NCBI GenBank assembly: GCA_020353235.1 | Contig: CP070693.1 | Location: 758,624-822,623 of the forward strand | From: Dehalococcoidia bacterium | Lineage (GTDB): Bacteria; Chloroflexota; Dehalococcoidia; Dehalococcoidales; JAUYDJ01 | Direction of reading: 5' to 3' | DNA: 64,000 nucleotides | Part shown: piece after piece, positions 37,201 through 47,806 of the stretch | How positions within the stretch are numbered: position 1 is the stretch's first letter | Layout of the letters: each line of letters starts with the position of its first letter | Notes under the pieces: generated by a model | Told to the model about the DNA's origin: nothing | What the model saw: only the letters and a program-made list of their open reading frames with translations | The model's database searches: none | Program-made: the position numbers and the translations under genes

Positions 37201-38277
37201 TACTGCTTCCTGAAGCATCCGTTTCTCGTTACGGACGATAATATCGGGAGCACCGATTTCCAGTAAGTGACGCAGTCGGTTATTACGATTAATGACGCGG
37301 CGATAGAGGTCATTGAGGTCACTGGTGGCAAAACGACCGCCATCCAGTTGAACCATCGGCCTAAGGTCGGGTGGCAACACCGGCAGTATGGTCAGAACCA
37401 TCCATTCCGGCTTATTACTGCTGCGCCGGAGAGCCTCCACCACCTGTAACTGCTTTGATGCCTTCCGGTTACGCTGTCCCGAAGTAGAATGAATCTCCAA
37501 GAGCAGCTCATTGTGCAGTTCATCAAGATTAATATCCTTAATCAGCTGGAAAATAGCTTCCGCCCCCATTCCCGCCTCAAAAACCGAACCGCATTTCTGC
37601 TTGAGCTCGTGGTACTGGTTTTCGGTAAGCAATGCCCGTACCCGCAGGTCTTTTAGCTGCTCCACTTCAATGGAATACTGTTCCCCAAGTTTCGCCTTTT
37701 CCTCAGCCCCACTTCGCCGGAACTGGTTTACCTTCTCTACTTCCGCCCCTGCCTTCTCCATCTCGGTAATCTTGTCCTCTACCGCCTTTTCCTGCTCGGC
37801 TATTGCCTGGCGGCCGCTCTCCTCAAGCTGCTTAATCACCTCCTGACGGGCGTCGTCATTTATTGAGGTGATGATATAGCGGGAAAAGTATAAAACCCGT
37901 TCCAGGCTCCGTGGCGAGAGGTCAAGCAGCAGCCCCAATCGGCTGGGTATGCCCTTGGCAAACCAGATATGACTCACCGGACAGGCCAGTTCAATATGCC
38001 CCATCCGCTCCCGACGCACCTTGGAGCGGGCGACCTCAACACCGCACTTATCGCAGATAATCCCTTTATAGCGTATCTTTTTGTATTTACCGCAGGCACA
38101 CTCAAAGTCTTTTATCGGGCCAAAGATGCGCTCGCAAAAAAGCCCGTCCCGCTCCGGTTTTAAAGTACGGTAGTTGATTGTCTCCGGCTTAGTTACCTCA
38201 CCATAGGACCAGTTTCTAATCTGCTCCGGTGAAGCTAGGGAAATGCGAACGGCATCAAAATCACTGACTTCAAACAT
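34273..38277 (-). CDS. rpoC: DNA-directed RNA polymerase subunit beta-prime
   Basis: 1334 aa from the ATG at 38277 ([28 protein letters not shown]). Contains the NADFDGD catalytic motif. The start overlaps the rpoB stop (ATGTTTGA). Confidence 0.95.
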   Translation of the reverse strand: MFEVSDFDAVRISLASPEQIRNWSYGEVTKPETINYRTLKPERDGLFCERIFGPIKDFECACGKYKKIRYKGIICDKCGVEVARSKVRRERMGHIELACPVSHIWFAKGIPSRLGLLLDLSPRSLERVLYFSRYIITSINDDARQEVIKQLEESGRQAIAEQEKAVEDKITEMEKAGAEVEKVNQFRRSGAEEKAKLGEQYSIEVEQLKDLRVRALLTENQYHELKQKCGSVFEAGMGAEAIFQLIKDINLDELHNELLLEIHSTSGQRNRKASKQLQVVEALRRSSNKPEWMVLTILPVLPPDLRPMVQLDGGRFATSDLNDLYRRVINRNNRLRHLLEIGAPDIIVRNEKRMLQEAVDSLIDNEKRGRAASVSGNHRLKSLSDMLRSKQGRFRQNLLGKRVDYSGRSVIVVGPELKLNQCGLPRRMALELFKPFIMHRLMMEGLAHNIRSARRLVERGRPEVYDILEDVIKERPVLLNRAPTLHRLSIQAFEPVLIDGSAIQIHPLVCAAFNADFDGDQMAVHVPLSKAAIKEAREMMLSVHNMLIPSSGEPLVSPTLDMVLGCYYLTTVTPGVKGEGAIFSSFEEAKLAYELGIVDLRAELEVRNGDGQRIKTSIGRIIFNEVLPPEVRHYDKTVDKGVIKQIVADCCKTLSHQDMAAVLDSLKHLGFHYATKSGTTIAMSDIKIPEEKAKLLEQAEEKTAIIESQYHRGLITEDERYNGVVEVWTETVDKVTDAISESLDRYGGVYMMAASGAKGNISQIRQMAGMRGLMTDPAGRIIDFPIKSSLGEGLTVLEYFISTHGARKGLADTALRTSGSGYLTRRLIDVAQDVITQQVDCGTTEGVWVFETKAGELLASLEERIIGRLAASNVVNPRTKKTIVERNEEIDELKAQEIIATGVTRVHVRSTLTCQSRQGCCQYCYGRDLARGGTVATNTAVGIIAAQSIGEPGTQLTLRTFHTGGVVGLDITSGLPRVEELFEARSPKGQAIISEIDGLAEVVQDEEGKLVGIARSEVFRDEYSLPAGVKVMVKDGQQVDIGTVLAAPAAETKSKSKAKTKSKTKAVTTEVQPVVARVTGEVEVGDKQLVIKYEEREEREYVVPAAAHVCVQDGDLVKAGEQLTDGPINPHDILRILGAEAVQQYLVNEVQKVYRSQGVNINDKHIEVIVHQMLSRVRIDSSGDTELVPGELVDRYRYEDTNAKVLAEGGEPATAHTVLVGITRASLSSDSWLAAASFQETTRVLTEAAISGKVDRLVGLKENVIIGKLIPARYPASEEEPEAIIEVEGELEAGEAEKREDCEEMSEVAGAQEPEAEDTLEADADEEDEESQAG

Positions 38278-41200
38278 TCTTCTCTTCCTCTCCCTCAGTG
38301 GCGGCTTCATCAATTACTTTGCTTTCCTCAGTGGCGGTTTCATCAATTACTTTGCTTTCCTCTATTGCTTCAGCTTCTTCAGTAGCTGACTCAGCCGAGC
38401 TTAATTCTCCTTCTTCAGCTTCAGCCGATTCCAGACCGGTGGCTTCAGCTAGTTCGGGGGTCTCTTCCGCAGAGACCAGTTCCCCTTCCTCACTAATCAC
38501 TTCAATGGCCAGCCCCAGGCTCTGCAACTCTTTAACCAGGACCTTAAACGATTCGGGCACACCAGCCTGCACAATGTCCTCACCCTTGATTATCGCCTCA
38601 TAGGTCTTGGCGCGACCGGCGATATCATCTGACTTAATGGTCAGAATTTCCTGAAGATTGCGGGCGGCACCGTAGGCTTCCAGCGTCCACACTTCCATTT
38701 CACCAAAACGCTGCCCGCCGAATTGAGCCTTACCCCCCAGGGGCTGCTGGCTAATCAGGGAATAGGGGCCGGTAGAGCGGGCATGAACCTTATCTTCAAC
38801 CAAGTGGATTAGCTTCATAACATAGACATTACCCACCGTTATCGGCTGGTCAAACAATTCACCAGTCCGCCCATCACGGAGGGCAACCTTGCCCAAAATG
38901 GGTGGACAAAGGTGTCTTTCGGCACTCACCGCCTGCACCGTCTGCTCCAGCTCCGGTAACTTTAGTTTCCGGCTAGATATGTCCAGATCTTCCAGCCACA
39001 GGCGCAGGCATGTATCCCTAGCCTTACTGGGATAATCATCACTGAAAACTCTATCCCCTTTGTAGCCATGGTCCTGAAGCCAAGTCTTGGTCAGCTCCAG
39101 CGCGGCGTTAGCATCCCCATCACCCGAATTAGCCGCGCCGGCTCTCTGCACCAGCCACGCCCGGGCTAATTCATCCTCAATATTAACCGCCGTAGCCCCG
39201 TCAAAGACCGGGGTAAGCACCTTGAAACCCAGGACCTGAGCTGCCCAGCCCAGATGGGCTTCCAGCACCTGACCGATATTCATACGTGAGGGAACACCGA
39301 TGGGATTGAGAACGATATCTACCGGTGTGCCATCGGGCAGGAAGGGCATATCCTCAGCTGGAGAAATGAGGGCGATAACCCCTTTATTGCCATGCCGACC
39401 AGCCAGTTTGTCCCCAACGGATACCCTTCGCTTTTGAGCCACCCAGACCTGAACTCGCTGATTGATTCCGGCTGGCAAATCATCACCGTTATCCCGGGAG
39501 AATATCCTAACATCAATCACCTTACCCCACTCACCGTGAGGCACCCGCAGTGAAGTATCTTTCACCTCGCGGGCTTTCTCACCAAAAATAGCCCGCAGCA
39601 GTTTCTCCTCGGCGGAGAGTTCCGTCTCACCCTTAGGAGTAATTTTGCCCACCAGGATATCGCCGGCGTTAACCTCAGCACCGATGCGAACGATACCGGT
39701 TTCGTCAAGCTCACGCAGACTCTCTTCACCCACATTGGGGATATCCCGGGTGATTTCCTCGGGGCCCAACTTAGTATCGCGGGCTTCTATCTCATGCTTT
39801 TCAATATGAACAGAGGCAAATTTATCCTCGGCGACCAGGCGGTTACTAATAATAATCGCGTCTTCATAGTTATAGCCTTCCCAACTCATAAAGGCACAGG
39901 TCACATTCTGTCCCAGAGCCAGTTCTCCCTCTTCGGTAGCTGAGCTATCCGCTAGGACCTGCCCCACTTCTACCCAGTCACCACTGCTCACCACCGGCTG
40001 CTGGTTAATACAGGTGCCCTGATTGGTGCGCACAAATTTCATCAGCTGGTAGGTGTCAGTGTTGCCGTTGTCGCGGGTAACCACAATCTGGGCACCGGTA
40101 ACCGAGGTTACCTGGCCGGCATTATGGGCATAGATTACCTCCCCGCTGTGCCGGGCCGCCTCCGCCTCCATGCCGGTAGCCACTAGGGGTGCCTCGGAAC
40201 AGAGCAGCGGTACCGCCTGACGCTGCATATTAGCCCCCATCAGGGCACGATTGGCATCATTATGCTCCAAAAATGGTATCAGGGAAGTGGCTACACTGAA
40301 GAGTTGCTTCGGTGATACATCCATAAACTCGATTTTATCCGGCTCTTCCAGCAGGTAACGCTCCGCCAGCCTAGTCTCAATCTTCTCCTGAACAAAGCGG
40401 CTATCCGGGTCAAGCTGGGCATTAGCCTGAGCGATGGAATAGATATCCTCCCTATCGGCGGATAGATACTCCACCTCACTGGAGACAAAGGGCACCACCT
40501 TTACCTTTTGGGGAGATAGCTGACGCAGCCGCTTAACATTTTCCGGGGTAATAACCGCGCCGGCGGCGACGATAGTTTTGCCCTCTTTATCTAGGAGTGC
40601 TTCCTGCGCCATCTTACCCGACAGATTATTATCAGTACTGTCCAGCTCAGTAATAACGCGGCGGTAGGGGGTTTCAATAAAGCCATAGCGGTTAATCTGA
40701 CCATAGGTAGCCAGAGAGCCGATAAGACCAATGTTGGGGCCCTCCGGCGTTTCAATCGGGCAGATTCGGCCGTAGTGGGAGAAGTGAACATCACGGACAT
40801 CAAAACCGGCACGCTCACGAGATAGCCCACCCGGCCCCATTGCTGACAGGCGCCGCTTATGAGTTAACTCCGCCAATGGGTTGGTCTGGTCCATAAACTG
40901 TGATAACTGGGAGCTATTAAAGAATTCGGTAATCGCCGCCACCACGGGACGAACGTTGACCAGGGCGCTGGGGCTAACCGCCTCAGTGCTGATAACACTC
41001 ATACGCTCCGTGGCTACCCGCTCCAGTCGGAGCAAGCCGACACGAAACTGGTTCTGTATCAACTCACCCACGGTGCGGACGCGCCGATTGCCCAGATGGT
41101 CAATATCATCAGCATTGTCATTGCCGTTGTTAATCATGATAATGTGTCTGACTATTTCCACAATATCTTCTTGAGTCAGGGCTCGCTCCTCCTCGGAGAC

Positions 41201-42112
41201 ATTAAGCCCCAACCGCTTGTTAAGCTTATAGCGCCCTACCCTCCCCAGGTCATAGTGGAGCGGGTTAAAGAAGAGACTATTTACCAGCTTGCGGGCGTTT
41301 TCCATATTGGGCGGGTCATTGGGACGCAGTTTGCGGTAAATGTCAATCAAAGCCTCGGACTCACTCCTGACCAAGGGCTCGCGTTCCATAGTTATCTTGA
41401 TAAACTGATGCTCTTCAGAGTTGTCCTCCGGGAAAAGACCGAGTAACTGCTCGTCATCACTGTAGCCAATGGCTCGCAGCAGGGTAGTAATCGGAATTTT
41501 ACGTCGGCCGTCTATTTTGGCTGAGATTACATTGCGGTTGCTGCTCTCAAACTCCAGCCAGGCACCCCGGCTGGGCACGAGCTTAGCCCGGCATAGCTCC
41601 CGGCCACTGGTAGCATCTTCTTCAACAGTGAAATAGACACCCGGAGAGCGCAGCAACTGACTGACCACCACCCGCTCTGCCCCGCTGATAATGAAGGTAC
41701 CGCCGGCGGTCATTAGGGGGATATCACCAAAGAAGATGTCCGTCTCTGAGATTTCACCGGTTGCCTTAATCAGGAGCTTCGCCCTGACATAGAGTGGCGC
41801 CGAGTAGGTCAAGCCGCGTTCGCGGCACTCCGCCTCGGAGTGCCGCGGCTCACGAAATTCGTAGTCCTCAAAGCTGAGTTCAAGCCGGCTACCGGTGAGA
41901 TCCCTAATGCCGTGGGTGTTGCCCTCTTCATCTTTCTTGTTGGACACGTCCTCCAGCAGTTCCCTTAAGCCATCTTCCTGAAACCACTGGTAGGAGCCTA
42001 ATTGAACGTCAAGCAAATTGGGCACGTCTAGTATATGAGGCAACTTAGCATAAGATTTCCGACCAACAGTCGGCCTGCTCCGCTGAGCATGCACTGATGA
42101 AACAAAAGTCAT
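38270..42112 (-). CDS. rpoB: DNA-directed RNA polymerase subunit beta
   Basis: 1280 aa with conserved blocks ([26 protein letters not shown]-like, [16 protein letters not shown]) and an acidic repetitive C-terminal tail. Confidence 0.95.
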   Translation of the reverse strand: MTFVSSVHAQRSRPTVGRKSYAKLPHILDVPNLLDVQLGSYQWFQEDGLRELLEDVSNKKDEEGNTHGIRDLTGSRLELSFEDYEFREPRHSEAECRERGLTYSAPLYVRAKLLIKATGEISETDIFFGDIPLMTAGGTFIISGAERVVVSQLLRSPGVYFTVEEDATSGRELCRAKLVPSRGAWLEFESSNRNVISAKIDGRRKIPITTLLRAIGYSDDEQLLGLFPEDNSEEHQFIKITMEREPLVRSESEALIDIYRKLRPNDPPNMENARKLVNSLFFNPLHYDLGRVGRYKLNKRLGLNVSEEERALTQEDIVEIVRHIIMINNGNDNADDIDHLGNRRVRTVGELIQNQFRVGLLRLERVATERMSVISTEAVSPSALVNVRPVVAAITEFFNSSQLSQFMDQTNPLAELTHKRRLSAMGPGGLSRERAGFDVRDVHFSHYGRICPIETPEGPNIGLIGSLATYGQINRYGFIETPYRRVITELDSTDNNLSGKMAQEALLDKEGKTIVAAGAVITPENVKRLRQLSPQKVKVVPFVSSEVEYLSADREDIYSIAQANAQLDPDSRFVQEKIETRLAERYLLEEPDKIEFMDVSPKQLFSVATSLIPFLEHNDANRALMGANMQRQAVPLLCSEAPLVATGMEAEAARHSGEVIYAHNAGQVTSVTGAQIVVTRDNGNTDTYQLMKFVRTNQGTCINQQPVVSSGDWVEVGQVLADSSATEEGELALGQNVTCAFMSWEGYNYEDAIIISNRLVAEDKFASVHIEKHEIEARDTKLGPEEITRDIPNVGEESLRELDETGIVRIGAEVNAGDILVGKITPKGETELSAEEKLLRAIFGEKAREVKDTSLRVPHGEWGKVIDVRIFSRDNGDDLPAGINQRVQVWVAQKRRVSVGDKLAGRHGNKGVIALISPAEDMPFLPDGTPVDIVLNPIGVPSRMNIGQVLEAHLGWAAQVLGFKVLTPVFDGATAVNIEDELARAWLVQRAGAANSGDGDANAALELTKTWLQDHGYKGDRVFSDDYPSKARDTCLRLWLEDLDISSRKLKLPELEQTVQAVSAERHLCPPILGKVALRDGRTGELFDQPITVGNVYVMKLIHLVEDKVHARSTGPYSLISQQPLGGKAQFGGQRFGEMEVWTLEAYGAARNLQEILTIKSDDIAGRAKTYEAIIKGEDIVQAGVPESFKVLVKELQSLGLAIEVISEEGELVSAEETPELAEATGLESAEAEEGELSSAESATEEAEAIEESKVIDETATEESKVIDEAATEGEEEKNV
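38294..38359 (-). repeat. 33-nt tandem duplication (2 copies, 1 mismatch) inside the rpoB 3' end
   Basis: CTCAGTGGCGG(C/T)TTCATCAATTACTTTGCTTTC occurs twice. It encodes ESKVIDE(T/A)ATE twice. Confidence 0.9.
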
Positions 42113-42232
42113 ATTTAGTCCGACACCCTAACCAAAAGCAAAGTTTTGAATATCACGTGGCGCTAAAAGCAAAAAGTGGTTATTGGAAGAAATCAAATAG
42201 GTGAAAAAATAACAAGAGGCACACCGTAACCT

Positions 42233-42264
42233 ATTATGCTACCATTCTTCTTGGTGTTTGTCAA
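42233..42264 (-). promoter_or_regulatory. sigma70-like promoter for rpoBC
   Basis: On the minus strand: TTGACA, 17 nt, TAGCATAAT. It lies about 120 nt upstream of the rpoB ATG and directly after the fdhA stop. Confidence 0.5.
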
Positions 42265-42293
42265 CATATTTTTAAAGGTTTTTTGAGATTAAG

Positions 42294-44957
42294 TTAGATA
42301 TGCTCAATTCTGACGGCGCAGACCTTGAGCTCGGGCATTTTGGATATCGGGTCCAGGGCCGGGTTGGTCAGCACATTGGTCGGGTTTTCGGCAAAGTGAA
42401 AATTCATGGTCACCACGCCTACCGGTGAAACCTCGGTCAGCTCGGCTTTGGCCGTTACCTCTCCCCGCCTGGAAATTACCCTGACCATCTCGCCATCAGC
42501 AATGCCCAGAGTCGCCGCATCCTGAGGGTTTATCTGCACTAGGCTTTCCCCGAGGAAGCTATTCAGCCCCTTTACCCGGCGGGTCATCGTCCCGGTATGG
42601 AAGTGGAACAGGCTGCGCTCGGTGGTCAGAATCAAGGGGTACTTCTTATCGGGGAGCTCCTGAGACGGTTTATAAACCAGGGGCATAAACTTGCCCTTAC
42701 CCCTGGTGAACTGCTTGGTGTGGAGAATGGGTGTTCCCGGGTGCTCTGCATCAGGGCAGGGCCACTGCAAGCCACCCTTTTCCAGACGCGGATAGGAGAT
42801 GCCCCCATAGCTGGGGGTGAGGCAGGCAATTTCGTCCATAATCTGGGCGGGGTTAGTAAAATCAAAGCCCTGGCTTCCCATCTGCTGAGCAAGCTGGGCG
42901 GTAATTAACCAGTCCGGCTTAGCCTGACCAACCGGCGCTATCGCTTGCCTTACCCGCTGTACCCTGCGCTCGGTATTGGTGAAGGTGCCGTCTTTCTCGG
43001 CAAAGCTTACCGCCGGCAGGACAACATGTGCCAGCCGGGTCGTCTCCGTCATAAAAATGTCCTGAACGACCAGAAACTCCAGCTTTTCCAGAGCGGCGAC
43101 TGCCTTTTTCGCCGCCGGTTCACTCAGCACCAAGTTCTCACCAACCAGATAGAGCGCCTTGAGCTGTCCCTGGCCGGCGGCTCCAATAATCTCGGTGATA
43201 GTTAGTCCCGCTTCGGCAGGCAGGAAACAGTCCCAGGCAGCTTCAAATTTAGCCCTGATGGTGGCACTGGCTACCGCTTGATAGCCGGGGTAAACATCGG
43301 GCAGGGCGCCCACATCACAGGCACCCTGAACATTATTGTGCCCCCTTAACGGATTGACCCCGCTTGACGGCTTACCGATATTTCCGGTAAGCATCGCCAG
43401 GTTAGCCGTCGCCATCACGTTATCGGTGCCGTGCGAGTGCTGGGTAATCCCCATGGCATATAAGATTGCCGCCGGCTTGCTCAAGGCATACATCCGGGCG
43501 GCTTCAACCAGCTGCTCCCGGGGTATGCCGGTAATACCCTCGACAAAGTCAAGGTCAAAGCCCTCCAGTGATTTCTGGAAGGCGGCAAAATTCTCAGTGC
43601 GCGCCTCGATGAAGCTGGTGTCAAGCCACCCCTCATCGACAATGACCCGCATCATACCCATCAGCAGGGCAACATCGCTACCCGGCTTGTTTCTGAGCCA
43701 CAGGTCAGCGTAACGGCAGAGCTCAACCTCACGGGGGTTAGCCATAATGAGCTTGGTCCCCTTTGCCACCGCCTGCTTTATCATAAAACTGATTATGGGG
43801 TGACCGGCGGTGGTATTGGTACCGATAGCCAGGATGCAGGCCGCACCGCTAATCTCATCTATGGAGTTGGTCATGGCGCCACTGCCAAAGCTCTGCCCCA
43901 GCCCGGCTACGGTAGGGGCATGGCACAGGCGAGCGCAGTGGTCAATATTATTGGTGCCGAGCACCGCCCGGGCAAATTTCTGAATAACATAGTTGTCCTC
44001 ATTGGTCCCCTTGGCGGAAGAAATCACGGCTAACTGGTCGCCCCGGTAATGGGCCAGCTTGCTGGCAACGAGGCTCAGGGCTTCTTCCCAGGTTGCCTCA
44101 ACGAACTTCCCGTTCCGCCGCACCAGGGGAGTGGTCAAGCGCTCCGGATGGTTGACCACCTCGGCAATGCCGTAGCGCCCCCGGACACAGAGCCAGCCCT
44201 TATTGGTAGTGCCTTCCCTCTCACCCCTGACACTAGTTACCCGGTTATCGTCAACACCGAGATACATCTGGCAGCCAACGCCACAATAGGGGCAGGTAGT
44301 CAACACCTCCCGCTTTGGCTCTCCGGCCTCCTTCGGCGCCAAGGCACCAGTGGGGCAGCGGACCACGCACTCGCCACAGGATTTGCAGATTGAGTCCATC
44401 AGCACTTCATCGGCAAAGGTAGCCACCCTGCTCTCGTAGCCACGATAAGCCAGGTCAATCGCGCCGGCACAGGTTACCTCGTTACAGGTACGGACACACT
44501 TAGCACAGAGGATGCACCGGTTCGGGTCAAAGTCAAAGAAAGGGTTGGAGGCATCAACGGCCAGCGTCCGTGTTGTCCGGCGCAGGGACGGCCGGTCAAT
44601 ACCAAGATAGCCAGCCACCTTGGGCAGGTCATATTGCTGGTTCTGGGGGGAGGTGAGGTAGTCCTCGGGAAGGTCAGCCAGGATAAGCTCCACCGCAGTG
44701 CGGCGCACCTTATTGATGGCGGCCGTCTTGGTGTAAACCACCATTCCCTCAGTGACCGGGGTGGTGCAGGCGGTAACCAGATTTTGAGAGCCCTCAATTC
44801 TGACCACACAGAGGCGGCAACTTCCGTATGGCTCCAGGTCAGCGTCATGACACAGATTGGGGAGGTAGATATCAGCCGCCTGGGCTGCCTCCAGTATCGT
44901 CATCCCCTCTTTGGCCCTGATTTGCCGACCATCAATAACCAGCGAAACTGCTTTCAT
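42294..44957 (-). CDS. fdhA: formate dehydrogenase catalytic (alpha) subunit, Cys-type, with N-terminal 2Fe-2S/4Fe-4S domains
   Basis: 887 aa. NuoG-like N-terminus (GSCRLCVV), ferredoxin-like CxxCxxCxxxC motifs and the MoCo active-site block NNIDHCARLCHAPTVAG. Confidence 0.85.
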   Translation of the reverse strand: MKAVSLVIDGRQIRAKEGMTILEAAQAADIYLPNLCHDADLEPYGSCRLCVVRIEGSQNLVTACTTPVTEGMVVYTKTAAINKVRRTAVELILADLPEDYLTSPQNQQYDLPKVAGYLGIDRPSLRRTTRTLAVDASNPFFDFDPNRCILCAKCVRTCNEVTCAGAIDLAYRGYESRVATFADEVLMDSICKSCGECVVRCPTGALAPKEAGEPKREVLTTCPYCGVGCQMYLGVDDNRVTSVRGEREGTTNKGWLCVRGRYGIAEVVNHPERLTTPLVRRNGKFVEATWEEALSLVASKLAHYRGDQLAVISSAKGTNEDNYVIQKFARAVLGTNNIDHCARLCHAPTVAGLGQSFGSGAMTNSIDEISGAACILAIGTNTTAGHPIISFMIKQAVAKGTKLIMANPREVELCRYADLWLRNKPGSDVALLMGMMRVIVDEGWLDTSFIEARTENFAAFQKSLEGFDLDFVEGITGIPREQLVEAARMYALSKPAAILYAMGITQHSHGTDNVMATANLAMLTGNIGKPSSGVNPLRGHNNVQGACDVGALPDVYPGYQAVASATIRAKFEAAWDCFLPAEAGLTITEIIGAAGQGQLKALYLVGENLVLSEPAAKKAVAALEKLEFLVVQDIFMTETTRLAHVVLPAVSFAEKDGTFTNTERRVQRVRQAIAPVGQAKPDWLITAQLAQQMGSQGFDFTNPAQIMDEIACLTPSYGGISYPRLEKGGLQWPCPDAEHPGTPILHTKQFTRGKGKFMPLVYKPSQELPDKKYPLILTTERSLFHFHTGTMTRRVKGLNSFLGESLVQINPQDAATLGIADGEMVRVISRRGEVTAKAELTEVSPVGVVTMNFHFAENPTNVLTNPALDPISKMPELKVCAVRIEHI

Positions 44958-46672
44958 TTATACCTCTTATTTTCCTTGGTCAGAGCCGGGCATACCCCGG
45001 CCGGGCAATGGTGCTTAATAATATGTGCCTCAAGTTCCTTGCGGAAGTAACTCAACAGGCCCACAATGGGACCGGCGATACCACCACAGAGGGGGCATAA
45101 TGAGCCAATTGCCACTGACTCGCTGAGCTCGGCAAGCACCTTAATATCCTCGGGTTTGCCCTGGCCGCTGGTGGCATCCTGAAAAATGCTCAGTATCTGC
45201 TTGGTACCCAACCGTCCGATGCTGCATTTGCCACAACTTTCGCTGTAAGCAAAAGACATCATCATATTGACCAAATCAACCACACAGGCAGTCTCATCGA
45301 GAACCACCAGACCACCACTGCCCACCCGGCTGCCAATGCTGACCAGTCCCTCAAAGTCAATCGGCTGGTCAATCAGATTGGCCGGTATCAGACCAAGCAT
45401 CGCCCCGCCCGGCTGAAGTGCCTTGAGCTGGCAGCCATCGCTGATACCGCCGCCAATCTCTTCCACCAGCCTTCTCAGCGGCATGCCGAAGGGGACCTCA
45501 ACGATACCAGTATAGGCAATATTGCCGCTCAGGCTAAAGAGCTTGGTGCCCTTGCTGCCCTCGGTGCCGATGCCAGCATACCAATCGCCGCCCTTCTCAA
45601 TAATGGCCGGGATATTGGCTAGCGTTTCGACATTATTGACATTGGTCGGCCTCCCCCACAAGCCGTGGTAGACTGGATAGGGCGGCCGAACCCGGGGTAC
45701 CCCCCGCCCCCGCTCTATTGACTCGATTAAGGCGGTCTCCTCCCCGCTGACAAAAGCCCCAGCACCGCGCCTGATCTCCACCTTAAAACTGAAGCCCGAA
45801 TCAAGAATATTATCGCCTAATAAGCCATACCCCCTGACCTGCTCCAGGGCAACTTTGAGCCGCTGCATCGCCAGCGGGTATTCATCACCAATATAGATAT
45901 AGCCCTGACTGGCGCCAATGGCATAGGCGGCAATGAGCATCCCCTCAATTACAATGTGAGGGTCGCTCTCCAGAAGGGCACGGTCAACAAAAGTCCCCGG
46001 GTCGCCCTCATGGGCATTGCATATCAGGTACTTCACCGGGTCGGCTGATTTGCGGCAGATTTGCCACTTCAATCCGGTGGAGAAGCCGATACCGCCACCC
46101 CGGCCACGCAGCCCTGACTTCTTGACCTCCGAAATCACCTCTTCCGGCGTCATCGCCAGCGCCTTGACCAGACTGGCGTAACCGCCCCCGGCGATATAGT
46201 GATTGATGTTCTCCGGGTCAATCAAACCACAGTTACGCATCACAATGCGTTGCTGGGACTTAAGCACGGACAGCTCAAAAAGCCGGGGTATGCCTTTGAT
46301 GGCGCCCCCACCAATGGTGCCCAGAGCCAGTTCAGGGTGGGGATTATCACCAAGAATATAGTCCGTCATAAGCCAGGGGACTATCTCCGGGGTAACATTG
46401 CCATAAAGGATAGCGGGGCAATTCGGCTTGGTGATACATATTATCGGCTCGGCATAGCAGAGCCCGATACAGCCAATCTGAGTGACCGTCGCCTCAAGCT
46501 GTCGCTCGGCCAGTTGGCTATTAATCACCGCCAGCACCGGCAGGACACCTGCCGCCTGACCACAGGTAGCGGTACTGACCAGGATATGTGGTTTATCGCT
46601 CTGTTTCCGGGCTGCCCACTCTGCTTTCGCCCGCCGCTGTATCTCGGTAAAGGTCATGCCAAACCTCACCAA
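44954..46672 (-). CDS. NuoF/HoxF-like NAD(P)H-binding FMN/Fe-S flavoprotein subunit
   Basis: 572 aa. N-terminal thioredoxin-like 2Fe-2S domain, GRGGGIGFSTGLKW and NAHEGDPGTF motifs, and SCGKCSIGR (4Fe-4S). It overlaps the fdhA start by 4 nt. Confidence 0.8.
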   Translation of the reverse strand: MVRFGMTFTEIQRRAKAEWAARKQSDKPHILVSTATCGQAAGVLPVLAVINSQLAERQLEATVTQIGCIGLCYAEPIICITKPNCPAILYGNVTPEIVPWLMTDYILGDNPHPELALGTIGGGAIKGIPRLFELSVLKSQQRIVMRNCGLIDPENINHYIAGGGYASLVKALAMTPEEVISEVKKSGLRGRGGGIGFSTGLKWQICRKSADPVKYLICNAHEGDPGTFVDRALLESDPHIVIEGMLIAAYAIGASQGYIYIGDEYPLAMQRLKVALEQVRGYGLLGDNILDSGFSFKVEIRRGAGAFVSGEETALIESIERGRGVPRVRPPYPVYHGLWGRPTNVNNVETLANIPAIIEKGGDWYAGIGTEGSKGTKLFSLSGNIAYTGIVEVPFGMPLRRLVEEIGGGISDGCQLKALQPGGAMLGLIPANLIDQPIDFEGLVSIGSRVGSGGLVVLDETACVVDLVNMMMSFAYSESCGKCSIGRLGTKQILSIFQDATSGQGKPEDIKVLAELSESVAIGSLCPLCGGIAGPIVGLLSYFRKELEAHIIKHHCPAGVCPALTKENKRYK

Positions 46673-46676
46673 CCAA

Positions 46677-47804
46677 CTACTTTGCTTCTTTCAGAATCTG
46701 CTTTACTTTAGCCGCCTTCAGTCGCCCGTATATGCTATGGTTGACCATCATCACCGGCGCCAGGGAACAAGCGCCTAGGCAGGCGATGGTCTCCAGAGAA
46801 TTACTCTGGTCAGCCGCCGTCTCCCCCGACTTAATGCCCAGCTGTTTTTCCGTTTCACTCAGAATACGTACCCCGCCACAGGCATGGCAGGCAGTTCCCC
46901 GGCAAACCATGATTCGCCGCCGACCGCCGGGCTTAAGCTTAAACTGGGTATAGAAGGTGGCCGTCCCGTAGACAGTGCTGTCGGCTAAGCGCAAAAAGCG
47001 GGCTACCGCCTGCATTGCCTCCCGGGGCAGATAGCCAAATGCTTCCTGGATTTCCTGAAGAATGGGGATAAGGTCACTCTTATCATTACTGTAGCAGGCT
47101 AAAATCCCGTCCAGTTTATCTTTAATACCCTGTCCTGGGTTGTTACCCACTGATTTGACCAGACTCCAGACTATGGTCTCACAGAGCACATTGACATCCT
47201 CGGTGGCGAGGTAATCAGTGATACTACGGTCAAAGACGATGCTACCCCGGGGCGGGAACTCGTCATCACCACCCCACAGGACAAGGGTCACCGGCACCCT
47301 GGGCAAAGCCTTAAAGGTCACGGCGGCATCGCCACATTGAGTACTAACACCACCCAGCTTTTTGGCCACTTCAATCAGCCGATAAGGCTCCCGTCCAAAA
47401 TAATCTAAGAGGGGCTTTATCGCCCTGCCAGCAAAGGAAGGAAAGTAGTTGGCCCCTCCCGGTAGCTCCTTATAGGTGATCATCTGATTGGAGAGGGGGA
47501 TGCCTTTTGCCGAGATGAGATAGTGAAGTAGCAGTATCTTTTCCCTTATCGGGACCGGTTCTTCACTATCCAGAAGCGAAATCTCAATATCAGGCAGCGA
47601 GATTAAAGCAGACTGATTTAAATAATCCAGAGTGATTAATTGCTTGGCCTGGCTGTAGCCGGCGCCCGCTTTCAGGCACTGGGCTTTGACGTCTTTAATC
47701 TGGGCAAGTTGCTCGCCAGCCAGCCGATAAGCCAGCTTGTAAGCCTTATCATAGCCATACTCTCGACTTTTCGGGTCGGACAATATACGACTCTTTTTCG
47801 GCAT
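46677..47804 (-). CDS. fusion protein: uncharacterised N-terminal domain (DUF3786-like, from memory) plus C-terminal NuoE/HoxE-type 2Fe-2S domain
   Basis: 375 aa. Residues from about 225 to the end match NuoE (VCRGTACHACG...CLGACSLAPVMMVN). The N-terminal 215 aa lack cofactor motifs I can name (LLLHYL...YKELPGGANYF...LVLWGGDDEFPPRGSIVFD). Confidence 0.65.
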   Translation of the reverse strand: MPKKSRILSDPKSREYGYDKAYKLAYRLAGEQLAQIKDVKAQCLKAGAGYSQAKQLITLDYLNQSALISLPDIEISLLDSEEPVPIREKILLLHYLISAKGIPLSNQMITYKELPGGANYFPSFAGRAIKPLLDYFGREPYRLIEVAKKLGGVSTQCGDAAVTFKALPRVPVTLVLWGGDDEFPPRGSIVFDRSITDYLATEDVNVLCETIVWSLVKSVGNNPGQGIKDKLDGILACYSNDKSDLIPILQEIQEAFGYLPREAMQAVARFLRLADSTVYGTATFYTQFKLKPGGRRRIMVCRGTACHACGGVRILSETEKQLGIKSGETAADQSNSLETIACLGACSLAPVMMVNHSIYGRLKAAKVKQILKEAK

Positions 47805-47806
47805 GC

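Noticed and set aside
38294-38359. CRISPR-like or minisatellite repeat
   Set aside because: There are only two directly adjacent 33-nt copies with no spacers. They are in frame inside rpoB, so this is a coding tandem duplication.
42294-44957. Selenocysteine-containing formate dehydrogenase with a SECIS element
   Set aside because: The ORF is uninterrupted, and the ligand codon is TGC (Cys), not TGA.
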